From assembly GCA_965208105.1 (NCBI GenBank), contig OZ242318.1, positions 4,512,001-4,576,000 on the forward strand: a DNA stretch of 64,000 nucleotides, in the 5' to 3' direction. Within the stretch, counting starts at the first letter, position 1. Every line of letters begins with the position of its first letter. A model generated the notes under the pieces. The model was not told the DNA's origin and ran no database searches. It worked only from the letters and a program-made list of their open reading frames with translations. This DNA is from Candidatus Latescibacterota bacterium. GTDB taxonomy: Bacteria; Latescibacterota; UBA2968; UBA8231. The position numbers and the translations under genes were made by a program. Of this stretch, positions 1 through 9,254 are shown in pieces.

Positions 1-295
1 GATGCTGATCGGACCCCACTCGACCTCCGAGGAGCGCGAGGAGTACGCCAGGCAGGTGCGCGCCAACCCCGCAGACTTCATCTCCCAGCCGGTCCTCGCC
101 CTGTCCCGTTCTCCCTGTCTCATCGACGGCCGCTTCGAGCCCCGCCACGTGGACCTGCGGCCCTTCGTCCTTCATGGCAGCAAAACCCGCATCGTGCCCG
201 GGGCCTTCTGCCGCGTAGCCCTGCGCCGGGGCAGCCTGGTGGTGAACTCCAGCCAGGGCGGCGGCGGCAAGGACTTCTGGGTATTGGAGGATTGA
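1..295 (+). CDS. Circularly permuted type 2 ATP-grasp protein, C-terminal part (truncated by window edge)
   Basis: C-terminal motifs RHVDLRPF and RVALRRGSLVVNSSQGGGGKDFWV; followed by alpha-E and transglutaminase genes. Confidence 0.9.
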   Translation, partial: MLIGPHSTSEEREEYARQVRANPADFISQPVLALSRSPCLIDGRFEPRHVDLRPFVLHGSKTRIVPGAFCRVALRRGSLVVNSSQGGGGKDFWVLED

Positions 296-300
296 CCGCA

Positions 301-1266
301 ATGCTCTCGCGCAGCGCTCAGGGTCTCTATTGGATCGGCCGCTACCTGGAGCGGTCAGCGCACCTGTGCCACCTGCTGCGATTGCAGGCCGAAGCTCTGG
401 TGGACCGCCCCGTCAGGGAGATCTACTTCGGCTGGAAGCGGCTCTACGGCAGCATGAACCGGCAGCCTCCGTTCGGCAGCATCGAGCTGGACAGCGAGAA
501 TTACACCCTGGCCGACTCCTACACCCTGGCCGGGGACCTCACCTTCGAACGCTCGAATCCCGACTCCTTATGGAGCTGTCTGGCCCTCGGCCGCGAGAAC
601 GCGCGGCAGGTGCGCCACTGCATCAGCGCGGAGATGTGGATCCGTCTCAATCTCACGTACCTGCGCGTCCAGAAGCTGGATATCGAGACCATCTGGAAGA
701 CCTCCCCCGACAGCTTCTATGCCGAAACGGCTGCCGAGATCGCCACCTTCGCCGGGGTGGCCGAGTCCACCATGTACCACGACGACGGCTGGAGCTTCAT
801 GCAGTTCGGGCGCCTCATCGAACGAGCCCAGCTCGCCCTTGCACTATTCCTCTTCCAGCTCTCCGCCACTCGCGGTCCGAACGGGGCTTCCGACGCCGAC
901 TGGACCACGCTGCTGCGCGCTTACCATGCCTTCGAGGCCTACAGCGGCCGATTCAGCGGCGAGGTGCAGCCCGGCCAGGTGCTGGACCTGCTGGTCACCG
1001 ATCCGCTGCTGCCAGGTTCCCTGTGCCGCTCTCTCGATATGGCGGCGGCGACTCTCGCCGCCATCGCTCCCGGGGCGGACGCCCATTCCAGCGCCGGAGC
1101 GCGGAGATTGGCGGGGCGCCTGTGCGCCATGGTCCATTATGACTGGCCCGACAGCGAGGACCACCACCAGTTTCTTGACAAGGTGGGTCAGTACTGCCGG
1201 GAGTTGCACCAGGTGGTAACCTCAGCCTATTTCGATTACTCCATCGAAGACGTCCCGCCGCGCTGA
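301..1266 (+). CDS. Alpha-E domain protein
   Basis: N-terminus MLSRSAQGLYWIGRYLERS; ARENAR-like and second ER motif (GRLIERA); operon context. Alternative TTG start at 292. Confidence 0.88.
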   Translation: MLSRSAQGLYWIGRYLERSAHLCHLLRLQAEALVDRPVREIYFGWKRLYGSMNRQPPFGSIELDSENYTLADSYTLAGDLTFERSNPDSLWSCLALGRENARQVRHCISAEMWIRLNLTYLRVQKLDIETIWKTSPDSFYAETAAEIATFAGVAESTMYHDDGWSFMQFGRLIERAQLALALFLFQLSATRGPNGASDADWTTLLRAYHAFEAYSGRFSGEVQPGQVLDLLVTDPLLPGSLCRSLDMAAATLAAIAPGADAHSSAGARRLAGRLCAMVHYDWPDSEDHHQFLDKVGQYCRELHQVVTSAYFDYSIEDVPPR

Positions 1267-1270
1267 CCTG

Positions 1271-2167
1271 ATGCCCGCCAGGACGCGCTACGAGATCGAG
1301 CACATCTCCCGCTACGTCTACCCATCGCAGGTCCGGCATTGCGTTATGGCCCTTTGCATGAGACCGCTCGAGGACGGGGGCCAGCGCCTCATAAACTTCG
1401 AAATCGCCACCAGTCCACCGGCCTCTCTGAACGGCGAAACGGACAGCTTCGGCAACACCAAACACGTCCTCAACATTCACCGCCGGCACCAGGCCCTGGA
1501 GATCGCCGCCAGGTCCTGCGTGGAGACCGCCGTCCCCGTTGCTCTCCCTGGTTCGTTGGGACCCGGAGCCTGGGAAGAGATGGCATCGTGGAAGAACTCG
1601 TTTCTACACTGGGACTTCACCCACCCGAGCTTCTTCGCCCGGCCCTGTCCCGCCCTGCGGACTTTCGTGGAGCGCCTGGAAATAAGGCCGTCCGACGACC
1701 CGCTGGATTCCTTGCTGCGGCTTTCGGACCTTCTCCACCACAGCTTCGACTACGTGCCCGGCAGCACCTCCGCCGTTTCTCCCATCGACCACATTCTGGA
1801 GAGAGGCCAGGGCGTCTGCCAGGACTACGCCCACGTCATGATCGCCATCGCCCGTACCTGGGGGGTTCCCTCGCGCTACGTTTCAGGCTTCATGTTCCCG
1901 GACGCCGAGTCCGGAGAGGCGCCGGATTCGGCCACCCACGCCTGGGTCGAATGCCTCCTGCCCGAGTTGGGCTGGACCAGCTTCGACCCCACCAACCGCA
2001 GTCTTCCCGACCAGGGCCACGTGCGCGTCGCCGTGGGCCGCGACTACAGGGACGTGTCTCCTACCCGGGGCATTCTGTTGGGAGAGGGAGGGAGTTCCCT
2101 GGAGGTCAGGGTGCGCATGCGCGCGGTGACTGGATCAGGTGAGCCGGCCGAACTGCCCGTGACCTAG
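1271..2167 (+). CDS. Transglutaminase family protein
   Basis: Catalytic motifs GVCQDYAH, HAWVE, FDPTN; GRDYRDVSP. Confidence 0.92.
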   Translation: MPARTRYEIEHISRYVYPSQVRHCVMALCMRPLEDGGQRLINFEIATSPPASLNGETDSFGNTKHVLNIHRRHQALEIAARSCVETAVPVALPGSLGPGAWEEMASWKNSFLHWDFTHPSFFARPCPALRTFVERLEIRPSDDPLDSLLRLSDLLHHSFDYVPGSTSAVSPIDHILERGQGVCQDYAHVMIAIARTWGVPSRYVSGFMFPDAESGEAPDSATHAWVECLLPELGWTSFDPTNRSLPDQGHVRVAVGRDYRDVSPTRGILLGEGGSSLEVRVRMRAVTGSGEPAELPVT

Positions 2168-2209
2168 GCCCCGTTATCGAATGGGAATCGGGTATTCGCG
2201 GAGGGGGTA

Positions 2210-3274
2210 TTATCCGCTGCCGGCGAAAACCCCTGTGCCCGTCAGGGTCTTGACGGTGATGACGAGGCCGACGGCGATGATGACCATGGCGCTCACCGCC
2301 GGCAGGCGCTGAATCCACTTGCCGTCGCCCGAGAACCTTTCCACCAGAGGTCTCGCCTTGACGATGAGTATGCCGATGGCGATGAGTACCGCCGCCAGGC
2401 CCACGCTGAAAGCCACCAGCAGCACCAGACCGAAGGCAATCCGCTGCAGGGCCACAGCGAGCAACAGGATCACCAGGGCACCCGTACATGGCACGATCCC
2501 GCCGGTTATGCCCAGGGTAAGCAGGCTGCCGAGGGTTACCTTGCCGGGTATCTCATGGCTGTGGCCGTGGTGGTGATCTCCATGGCTGTGATCGTGGCCC
2601 CCGTGATGGTGTCCTTCATGGGAGTGATCATGGTCTCCATGGTGGTTCTTATCTCCATGGCCGTGATCGTGGTTCCCGTGGTCATGCTTCTCCTCATGAC
2701 CGTGGCCGTGGTGCTCTCCATGGCCGTGCGCGTGGCCATGGCCTTTTCCCTTGAGGTGGTTGGCCAGGAGCCAGCCGCCCAGGCCCATGATCAGCAGCCC
2801 GGAGCCTGTGCCGAGCCAGGGAATGATCTGTTCGGGAAGGATGTAGTGGGACGCGAAGAGGGCAACCAGGCCCAGAAGGATGACGCTGGTGGTGTGGGTC
2901 GTGGCGACGATCCCGCCGAGGAAGAGGGCGTTGCCCACCGTACCCCGGGTGCCGACGAGGTAGGCGGCGACGATGGTTTTGCCGTGCCCCGGTTCCAGCC
3001 CGTGGGCGGCGCCGAGGAACAGGGCGAGGGCGAGGGCCGCGGCGATCAAACCTGCGCTCAGCTCTTCGGAGCGCAGCATGTCGCTGAGTACGTCCGTTTC
3101 CCCGTCTGCGGCCGTCACCGCGGTTCCCGCGTCATGGCCCTGGGCGGAGTCTTCCGCCGCCCGGGTGTGGGCGGGTTCCGGAATGGTCAGCGGCCCGGTG
3201 TCTTCGTGGCTCCAGGCCTGGACAGCGACCAGCAATGCGGCGAAAAGGCAGGTGAAAATTGGTTCCAGGCGCAT
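2210..3274 (-). CDS. His-rich nickel/cobalt transporter (RcnA/NiCoT-like)
   Basis: GAAHGLEPGHGKT motif, long His/Gly/Asp tract, GGIVPCTGAL, multiple TM segments, N-terminal signal-like sequence. Confidence 0.85.
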   Translation of the reverse strand: MRLEPIFTCLFAALLVAVQAWSHEDTGPLTIPEPAHTRAAEDSAQGHDAGTAVTAADGETDVLSDMLRSEELSAGLIAAALALALFLGAAHGLEPGHGKTIVAAYLVGTRGTVGNALFLGGIVATTHTTSVILLGLVALFASHYILPEQIIPWLGTGSGLLIMGLGGWLLANHLKGKGHGHAHGHGEHHGHGHEEKHDHGNHDHGHGDKNHHGDHDHSHEGHHHGGHDHSHGDHHHGHSHEIPGKVTLGSLLTLGITGGIVPCTGALVILLLAVALQRIAFGLVLLVAFSVGLAAVLIAIGILIVKARPLVERFSGDGKWIQRLPAVSAMVIIAVGLVITVKTLTGTGVFAGSG

Positions 3275-3295
3275 TTAATTCTCCATCGTCGGTGC

Positions 3296-4069
3296 TCACC
3301 CCCTGGGCACCACGAGGGCGCGGTCGCCGTAGGGGATGGAGTCCATCCCGGTTTCGTAGATCCGCTCCAGAAAATCCCGGTCCCACGGGCGCTCGGCTGC
3401 TGGCAGCCGCTCCACGGCGCCATCCTTGAGGAAGACGAAGTGGTCTCCATAGAGGAAAGCGCTGTTTGGATCGTGCAGGACGGCGAGGACGGTGAGATCG
3501 GCGTCGACCAGCTCGCGGATCAGCTGCAGCAGGTGGGCCTGGTTGAGGAAGTCGAGGTGCGAGCTGGGCTCGTCGAGGAGGATCAGGCGTGGTTGCTGGG
3601 CCAGGACCCTGGCGATGCGGACAAGCTGCTGTTCACCCCCCGACAGCTCGGTAAAGGGCCGCTCCTTCAGATGGAGGATGCCCACCCGCTCCAGGCATTC
3701 GATGCCCACGGCCACGTCCTCCGGCGTGGGCACCCAGGTGATGTAGCTGGCACGGCCGGTGAGGACTACGTCCTCCACCGAAAAGGGGAAAACCGGCCTG
3801 TGGTGCTGGGGAAGGTAGCCCAGGACGCGGGCACGCCCCCGGGAGGAGAAGGAGCGGATTTCCTCCCCCATCATCAGCACCTCGCCTCGATCGAAGTCGA
3901 GGAGACCTGCGAGTATGCGCATGAGGGTGGACTTCCCGCTGCCGTTTTTGCCGAGCAGGACGGTGAACTGCCCCGCAGGGATCTCCAGCGATACCCGGTT
4001 GAGGATCGGCATTCCGTCGTAGGCGAAGGAGAGATCCTTGACCTCGATGGCCGCTTCTAGCTTTCCCAT
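3296..4069 (-). CDS. ABC transporter ATP-binding protein (FepC/BtuD-like)
   Basis: Walker A GKNGSGKST, LSGGEQQ, LLDEPSSHLD; start moved to MGKLEAAIEV, overlapping the permease stop. Confidence 0.92.
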   Translation of the reverse strand: MGKLEAAIEVKDLSFAYDGMPILNRVSLEIPAGQFTVLLGKNGSGKSTLMRILAGLLDFDRGEVLMMGEEIRSFSSRGRARVLGYLPQHHRPVFPFSVEDVVLTGRASYITWVPTPEDVAVGIECLERVGILHLKERPFTELSGGEQQLVRIARVLAQQPRLILLDEPSSHLDFLNQAHLLQLIRELVDADLTVLAVLHDPNSAFLYGDHFVFLKDGAVERLPAAERPWDRDFLERIYETGMDSIPYGDRALVVPRG

Positions 4070-5064
4070 CCAATCCGCGCTTTCTTGAGGAGGAAGATGA
4101 AGAACGGTCCTCCGAGCAGCGTAGTAAAGACCCCGACAGGGATTTCGAAGGCCGCCAGGGTGCGCGAGCAGGTGTCCACCATAAGCAGGAAGGCCCCGCC
4201 GAAGGCGAAGGAGGCCGGCAGGGTGTGGCGGTTGTCCGGCCCCAGCAGCATGCGCACCATGTGCGGAACCGCCAGGCCGATCATGCCGATGACCCCGGCC
4301 ACGGCGATGGCCGCCGAGGCGGCCAGGGTTGCCGGAATGAGCACCAGCACCCGCTCCCGCTCCGGGTTGAGGCCCACGGCGCGGGCTTCCTCGTCGCCCT
4401 GGGCAAGCACGTTCATGCGCCAGCGAAACAGGAAGAGCCACACCACCCCGATGCCCACACCCGGGGCGGCGGAACGCAGCTTCGCCCAGCTCGAGTTGTG
4501 CAGGTTGCCCATGGTCCAGTGGACGATGGTCTGCAGCTTGTAGGGGTCGGTGAGAAACTGGACGATGGTCAAAAGGGCGGTGAAGATCCCGGTGACGATC
4601 ACCCCCGAGAGTATGAGGGATACCACCGACACGGTCTTCCGCGTGCGGGCGAGGAAGTAGGCGAGGGCTACCGCGAAAAGGGCGAAGCCGAAGGCGGTCG
4701 GCTGCACGGGCAGCAAGGGAATGGTCAGGGCAAGGGCGGCGCCGAAGGCGGCTCCCGAGGAGAGGCCGAGGATGTAGGGAGCCACGAGGGGGTTGCGGAA
4801 CAGGGCCTGCAGGGCGTTTCCGGAGGCGGCCAGGGCCCCGCCAACCAGGAAGGTGAGGAGGATGCGCGGCATACGCACCTCCCAGACGATGGTGCCGATC
4901 AGCGCCTCTTCGGGTCCGGCGGCGGTCTCCCGGAAGAGCAGGCCGTGGAGCCAGACGAGGATTTTTCCCGCCTCGGCGCTGGCAGAGGGTCCCAGCAGAA
5001 GGGAGACGAAGAGTACCGGAAGCGGCAGTGCGTAGAGGACGCGCCGGCGCAGGACGATGTTCAC
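4057..5064 (-). CDS. FecCD/BtuC-family ABC permease
   Basis: VRMPRILL, LFRNPLVAPYILGLSSGA, EEARAVG, IPVGVFTTLLGGPFF; GTG start overlaps upstream TGA (GTGA). Confidence 0.92.
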   Translation of the reverse strand: MNIVLRRRVLYALPLPVLFVSLLLGPSASAEAGKILVWLHGLLFRETAAGPEEALIGTIVWEVRMPRILLTFLVGGALAASGNALQALFRNPLVAPYILGLSSGAAFGAALALTIPLLPVQPTAFGFALFAVALAYFLARTRKTVSVVSLILSGVIVTGIFTALLTIVQFLTDPYKLQTIVHWTMGNLHNSSWAKLRSAAPGVGIGVVWLFLFRWRMNVLAQGDEEARAVGLNPERERVLVLIPATLAASAAIAVAGVIGMIGLAVPHMVRMLLGPDNRHTLPASFAFGGAFLLMVDTCSRTLAAFEIPVGVFTTLLGGPFFIFLLKKARIGWES

Positions 5065-6155
5065 TGGCGCTCTCCCCTGCCGGAATCGAGGGGCGGCAGG
5101 TCCCCCAGCCTGCCGGCGTAGAGCTTGTTCAGCAGGCTGCGGCGCAGCTCCTCGGGGTCTCCGGCGGAAAAGCGGTCGGGATGACACCAGCGGGCGACGA
5201 GATCCACGGTGAAGATGTACTTGAGGGTCCAGAAATCGCAGGAAAAGGGATCGGGAAGCTCGTGGACGAGACCGTTGCGCACCGCGGCGAGGGAGCGCCA
5301 GCCGGACAGCTCCCCGATGTCCTCGGGGTCGAGCCGGTCGTTGCACCACATGACGATCAGCTCGGGGTTCCAGACGAGAACGTTCTCCAAATTGACCACG
5401 AGATGCTCCAGGTCGCTGCCGCCCGCCGCGTTGGCGCCGCCGGCCAGGTCGATAAGCTCCTGCACGGTGCTGTTGCGGCCAGCGGTTACCAGGGGTCCCT
5501 GGGCCCACATGAAGTAGACCCGCGGCGGCGCGCGGGCCTCCACGCCGGGTGAGACCTTGAGCCGCACCGCTTCCAGCTCCTTCCGCGCCAGTTCGAGGAG
5601 CTCGGAAGCCCGTTCGCCCGTACCCGTGAGCTCGCCCAGGGCGGCGATCTCACGGTGGATATCCTCGAAGCGGTCGATGAAGACCCCGAAGACGGGGATC
5701 CCCTTCTCCTCCAGGGCGGCAATGGACTCTTCCTGGCCCGACCAGACGATGACCAGGTCCGGCTGCAGTGCCACCATGCTCTCGATGTTGACGAAATCCC
5801 AGTTGCCCGGCGTCGGCAGAGTGCGGTCGCGGATGCGCTCGTCCATGGCCGCGTAGTAGGGGTAGACGCTGCCTTCGTAGACGTTGGTGGAAATCCCCAC
5901 CAGACGGGAGTCCGCGCCCAGCATGTAGAGACCGCTGAGGGCGCTTTCGAGGAGGCAGATGATGCGCTCGGCCGGCTTGTCCAGCTCGATGCGCCGCCCG
6001 CGGAAGTCGGTGGCGGCCACACCTTCGGCGAGGACCGGACCGGCGGCGAGGAGCAGGGCGAAGAGATGCGGGAGAAGGATCGATATCCGCTGGCGCTCCA
6101 CGGCAGCCGCTCCCGGGGGAGGGGCCGCCGTGGAGCTGCAAACTGCAGCGGGCAT
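5061..6155 (-). CDS. Periplasmic substrate-binding protein (BtuF/iron-chelate type)
   Basis: DFRGRRIELDKPAERII, NIESMVALQPDLV, AVRNGLVH; true start may be slightly downstream. Confidence 0.88.
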   Translation of the reverse strand: MPAAVCSSTAAPPPGAAAVERQRISILLPHLFALLLAAGPVLAEGVAATDFRGRRIELDKPAERIICLLESALSGLYMLGADSRLVGISTNVYEGSVYPYYAAMDERIRDRTLPTPGNWDFVNIESMVALQPDLVIVWSGQEESIAALEEKGIPVFGVFIDRFEDIHREIAALGELTGTGERASELLELARKELEAVRLKVSPGVEARAPPRVYFMWAQGPLVTAGRNSTVQELIDLAGGANAAGGSDLEHLVVNLENVLVWNPELIVMWCNDRLDPEDIGELSGWRSLAAVRNGLVHELPDPFSCDFWTLKYIFTVDLVARWCHPDRFSAGDPEELRRSLLNKLYAGRLGDLPPLDSGRGERQ

Positions 6156-6158
6156 CGA

Positions 6159-8174
6159 CTAGAAGCTGACCATCAGACCGGCGTTGGCGGAGAAGCCGGT
6201 GTCCTGAAACTGCCACGGCATCTCGAAGGTCTGGTTGGTCAGGTTGTACGGTTCGAGGAAGAGGGTCAGATCGTAGCCGTCCATGGTGTTGACCCCGTAA
6301 TTGATGCGGGCGTTCACCAGGGTGTAGCCGTCGAGGGGATCGGAGTCCTTGTTGATGTCCTGGTAGATCCCGGTGTAGTTCTGCGCGGTGATCGTCGCCC
6401 TCAGCCCTTGCGCAAGGGTCAGGTGGACCCCGGCGACGATGGCGCGATCGGGCACGAAGTTGATCTTGGCGCCTTCCTTCTGTGGTTCCTCCTGATTCTC
6501 GGTGACTTCTGCGTTGGTGAAGGTGAGGTTGGCGAACCACTCCACCTTGTCGCTGAGGCGGTGGGTGACCTCCAGCTCCGCGCCGTTTGTCGTGGTCTTG
6601 CCGGCGTTGATGTCCTGGGACTGGGCGGGGTCATTGGCCGCCACCGGCACCACCCGCTGCACGATCTGGTCGGTCAGGGCGATGTTGAAGCCGCGCACTC
6701 CGACCTGGACTCCTTCCATGGGCCGGTAGTTCGCCCCCACGTCGATGCTCATCCCCGACTCGGGCGTGATGTCCGGGTTGGGCAGATGGCCGCCCTTGCC
6801 GTCCGGCGGCACGGTGCCGCCAACCGACTTGAGGGAGGGAGCCTTGAAGCTGGTTCCCATGTTGGCGTAGACGGACAGGTCGTCACTCTGATTGTAGCGC
6901 GCCCCGGCGCTGTAGAGGAGCTTTGTCCAGGAGTTGCTGTCCTCGTTCGGCGTCATTCCCTGCAACAGCTCGATGTCGTGGGCGATGCTGGTGAAGCGCG
7001 CCCCGGCTCGCAGGATGAGGGAGTTCATGCGGAACTCCTCCTGGGCGTAGAGGCCGAGGGCGGTGGCGGTGGCGTCGTTGCCGGGGCTGACCTCGCCGGT
7101 CTCACGCTGTGTGGCGTAGGAGGCGAGCTGGTAGTCGGCGCCCACGGTGAGCACGTCCGACTCGCGGGTGATGATCGAGACAGAGAGATCGGCTGGAATG
7201 ACCGACTGGTCGACGCCGTCCTCTGAGCGCAGCTCGCGGCTCTTTGGATCCTCCCAGATGCCGTCCTCCTCCCAGCGGCGCACGTAGTCGCGGTAGCCGA
7301 CCTTGGCGTTGGCGGTCATGCGGTCGGAGATGGGCTTGGTGTAGCCGGCGTTCAGGGTGGTGTAGGTGTGGGCGAAGTCGCGGTTGATGCGGCCGGAGTC
7401 GCCGGTGTGCCAGGTGCGGTGGGCGTAGAGGGAGGCCCGCTGGCCGCTGTCGTCGAGGAAGTAGGTCCCCCGCATGTACATCTTGGTCTTCTCGTACTCG
7501 GGGTTGTCGTCCATCTGCAGCCAGGAGCCTTCGGTGCCGTAGTCGGTATAGTCCGAGTCCTCGTGGTGGCCGCCGAAGAAGAGATGCAGGTTGCCGGCGG
7601 CGCGCTGGTGGAAGAAACGGCCCCCGATCGTGCTGTAGGAGCCGTAGTAGGCCGAGGCGTTGGTCCGCGTCTCGCCTACGCGCTCCTTGAGGATGAAGTT
7701 GGCGGTTCCGGCCAGCGGCGACTGGTTGCCGGCGAAGTCCATGGCCAGGTAGGTCGGATAGAGAACCGAGGCGGAGCCGCGCTGGTCCTCGACCCGCTGG
7801 AAGGCCCAGGAGTCCAGGCTCTGAAGATCGACGAATGAGTCGATGGGCAGGCCGTCGAGCATGTATCCCTTGTAGGTGTGCGCCAAGCCCCCGGAGGAAC
7901 CCCAGTTTGCATCGTTGCGGGACAGCACGTTGGCGAAGTTGCCCGGGGTGTAGGAGAGCATTTCCGCCAGGTTGCCGTTGCCCAGAACCAGAGAACTCAT
8001 CTCATCGGCTGTGATGATGGAGATTTTCTGGGTCACGTTCCCCGGCGTCTGCGGCAGCTTGGAGCCGGTGACGATGACCTCCTCCATCTCGGGGACGTCG
8101 GCCTCGTGGTCACCCGCAAAAGCGGAGCCGACGCCGAGACAGAGGACCAGCCAAAGGTGAACAAGTTGCTTCAT
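6159..8174 (-). CDS. TonB-dependent receptor
   Basis: Signal peptide, TonB-box-like EEVIVTG, plug motif RGSASVLY, FKAPSL, C-terminal Phe; AAGGAGG RBS before the ATG at 8174. Confidence 0.9.
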   Translation of the reverse strand: MKQLVHLWLVLCLGVGSAFAGDHEADVPEMEEVIVTGSKLPQTPGNVTQKISIITADEMSSLVLGNGNLAEMLSYTPGNFANVLSRNDANWGSSGGLAHTYKGYMLDGLPIDSFVDLQSLDSWAFQRVEDQRGSASVLYPTYLAMDFAGNQSPLAGTANFILKERVGETRTNASAYYGSYSTIGGRFFHQRAAGNLHLFFGGHHEDSDYTDYGTEGSWLQMDDNPEYEKTKMYMRGTYFLDDSGQRASLYAHRTWHTGDSGRINRDFAHTYTTLNAGYTKPISDRMTANAKVGYRDYVRRWEEDGIWEDPKSRELRSEDGVDQSVIPADLSVSIITRESDVLTVGADYQLASYATQRETGEVSPGNDATATALGLYAQEEFRMNSLILRAGARFTSIAHDIELLQGMTPNEDSNSWTKLLYSAGARYNQSDDLSVYANMGTSFKAPSLKSVGGTVPPDGKGGHLPNPDITPESGMSIDVGANYRPMEGVQVGVRGFNIALTDQIVQRVVPVAANDPAQSQDINAGKTTTNGAELEVTHRLSDKVEWFANLTFTNAEVTENQEEPQKEGAKINFVPDRAIVAGVHLTLAQGLRATITAQNYTGIYQDINKDSDPLDGYTLVNARINYGVNTMDGYDLTLFLEPYNLTNQTFEMPWQFQDTGFSANAGLMVSF

Positions 8175-8414
8175 GAATGCCTCCTTGTGAAGTGGCGCGA
8201 GCCACTTGGTGAATGCACGCCTGGATGGCCGGCACCTTGCTGGTAGCCGTGGTCCAGACATAGATTTGTGCCTCGATTTACAATTTTGTAGTGGTAATCG
8301 GGAACAATATCAATTTTGTTTCTTTGTTATAAAATACCAAATCTGCCCAAGATATGCCATAGTAAATTGGCGGAATACCCAAATATTGTGGCGACTGCGG
8401 GAAAGGAGAGGTAG

Positions 8415-9233
8415 ATGAATTTGCTGGCGGTGTTTGCCCACCCGGACGACGAATCCTTCATCTGCGGCGGTACCCTGGCGAAGGCGGCATCGGAAGGGCA
8501 CCGGGTCCTCCTCGTTTGCGCCACCCGGGGAGAGGAGGGAGAGATCGTCCATCCCGCCATCGACCCGGAGCTTCATCCCAAGGGGGACGACCGCGGCAGG
8601 CTGCGCGCCTCCGAGCTGGAAAGGGCCTGCGCCGCAATGGGCGTCGAACCACCCATCTGGCTCGGCCATTGCGACTCCGGATTCCCTCACGAGGTGGGCA
8701 GCGGCAATCCGCGGGCCCTCATGAACCAGGATCTGATCGAGCTGGAGCGCCAGCTTTTGCCCATCATCGCCTCGCTGAAGCCGGAGGTGATGGTCACCTT
8801 CGATCCCCACGGCATCTATCCCCACGTCGACCACGTCACCATCCACCGCGCGGCCACGGCGGCCTTCTGGTCGGCCGGCAGCGTCGTCCAACCGGCGCCC
8901 GGGCGCCTGTTCTATCCCGCCTATGAACTCGAAGCCGTGCGCGCGACCCGGGAGCGCGACCCGGAGGCGACGATGGCCGAGGTCGATCCCGATTTCTACG
9001 GGGTATCGGCCGACTCGGTGGCGGCCAGAATAGACATAGGCGATTGCGCAGAGCGGAAGAAGAAGGCGATCTGCGCCCACGCCTCCCAGTTCGGCGGCCC
9101 GGAGCGGGTGCAGGAGCAAATCGACAAGAGGCCCCACATGATGGCGGTGGAGCACTACACCCTCGGCGGCCTGCGGGGGAGCTTCCCGCCCATGCCGGTG
9201 AGCAGCCTGTTCGCCGGCATGGACGCCCGTTGA
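8415..9233 (+). CDS. PIG-L/MshB/BshB-family deacetylase
   Basis: VFAHPDDES, ATRGEEGE, GIYPHVDH, AHASQ. Confidence 0.9.
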   Translation: MNLLAVFAHPDDESFICGGTLAKAASEGHRVLLVCATRGEEGEIVHPAIDPELHPKGDDRGRLRASELERACAAMGVEPPIWLGHCDSGFPHEVGSGNPRALMNQDLIELERQLLPIIASLKPEVMVTFDPHGIYPHVDHVTIHRAATAAFWSAGSVVQPAPGRLFYPAYELEAVRATRERDPEATMAEVDPDFYGVSADSVAARIDIGDCAERKKKAICAHASQFGGPERVQEQIDKRPHMMAVEHYTLGGLRGSFPPMPVSSLFAGMDAR

Positions 9234-9254
9234 CAGCGCCTGGAGCACCCGTTC

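Noticed and set aside
2550-2725. Quasi-periodic CATGGCCGTG/ATCGTGG repeats
   Set aside because: They encode the His/Gly/Asp tract of the RcnA-like protein; not a CRISPR or DNA-level repeat.
8175-8414. Possible cobalamin or NiCo riboswitch before the TonB receptor
   Set aside because: No B12-box or other conserved riboswitch motifs recognised on the minus strand.
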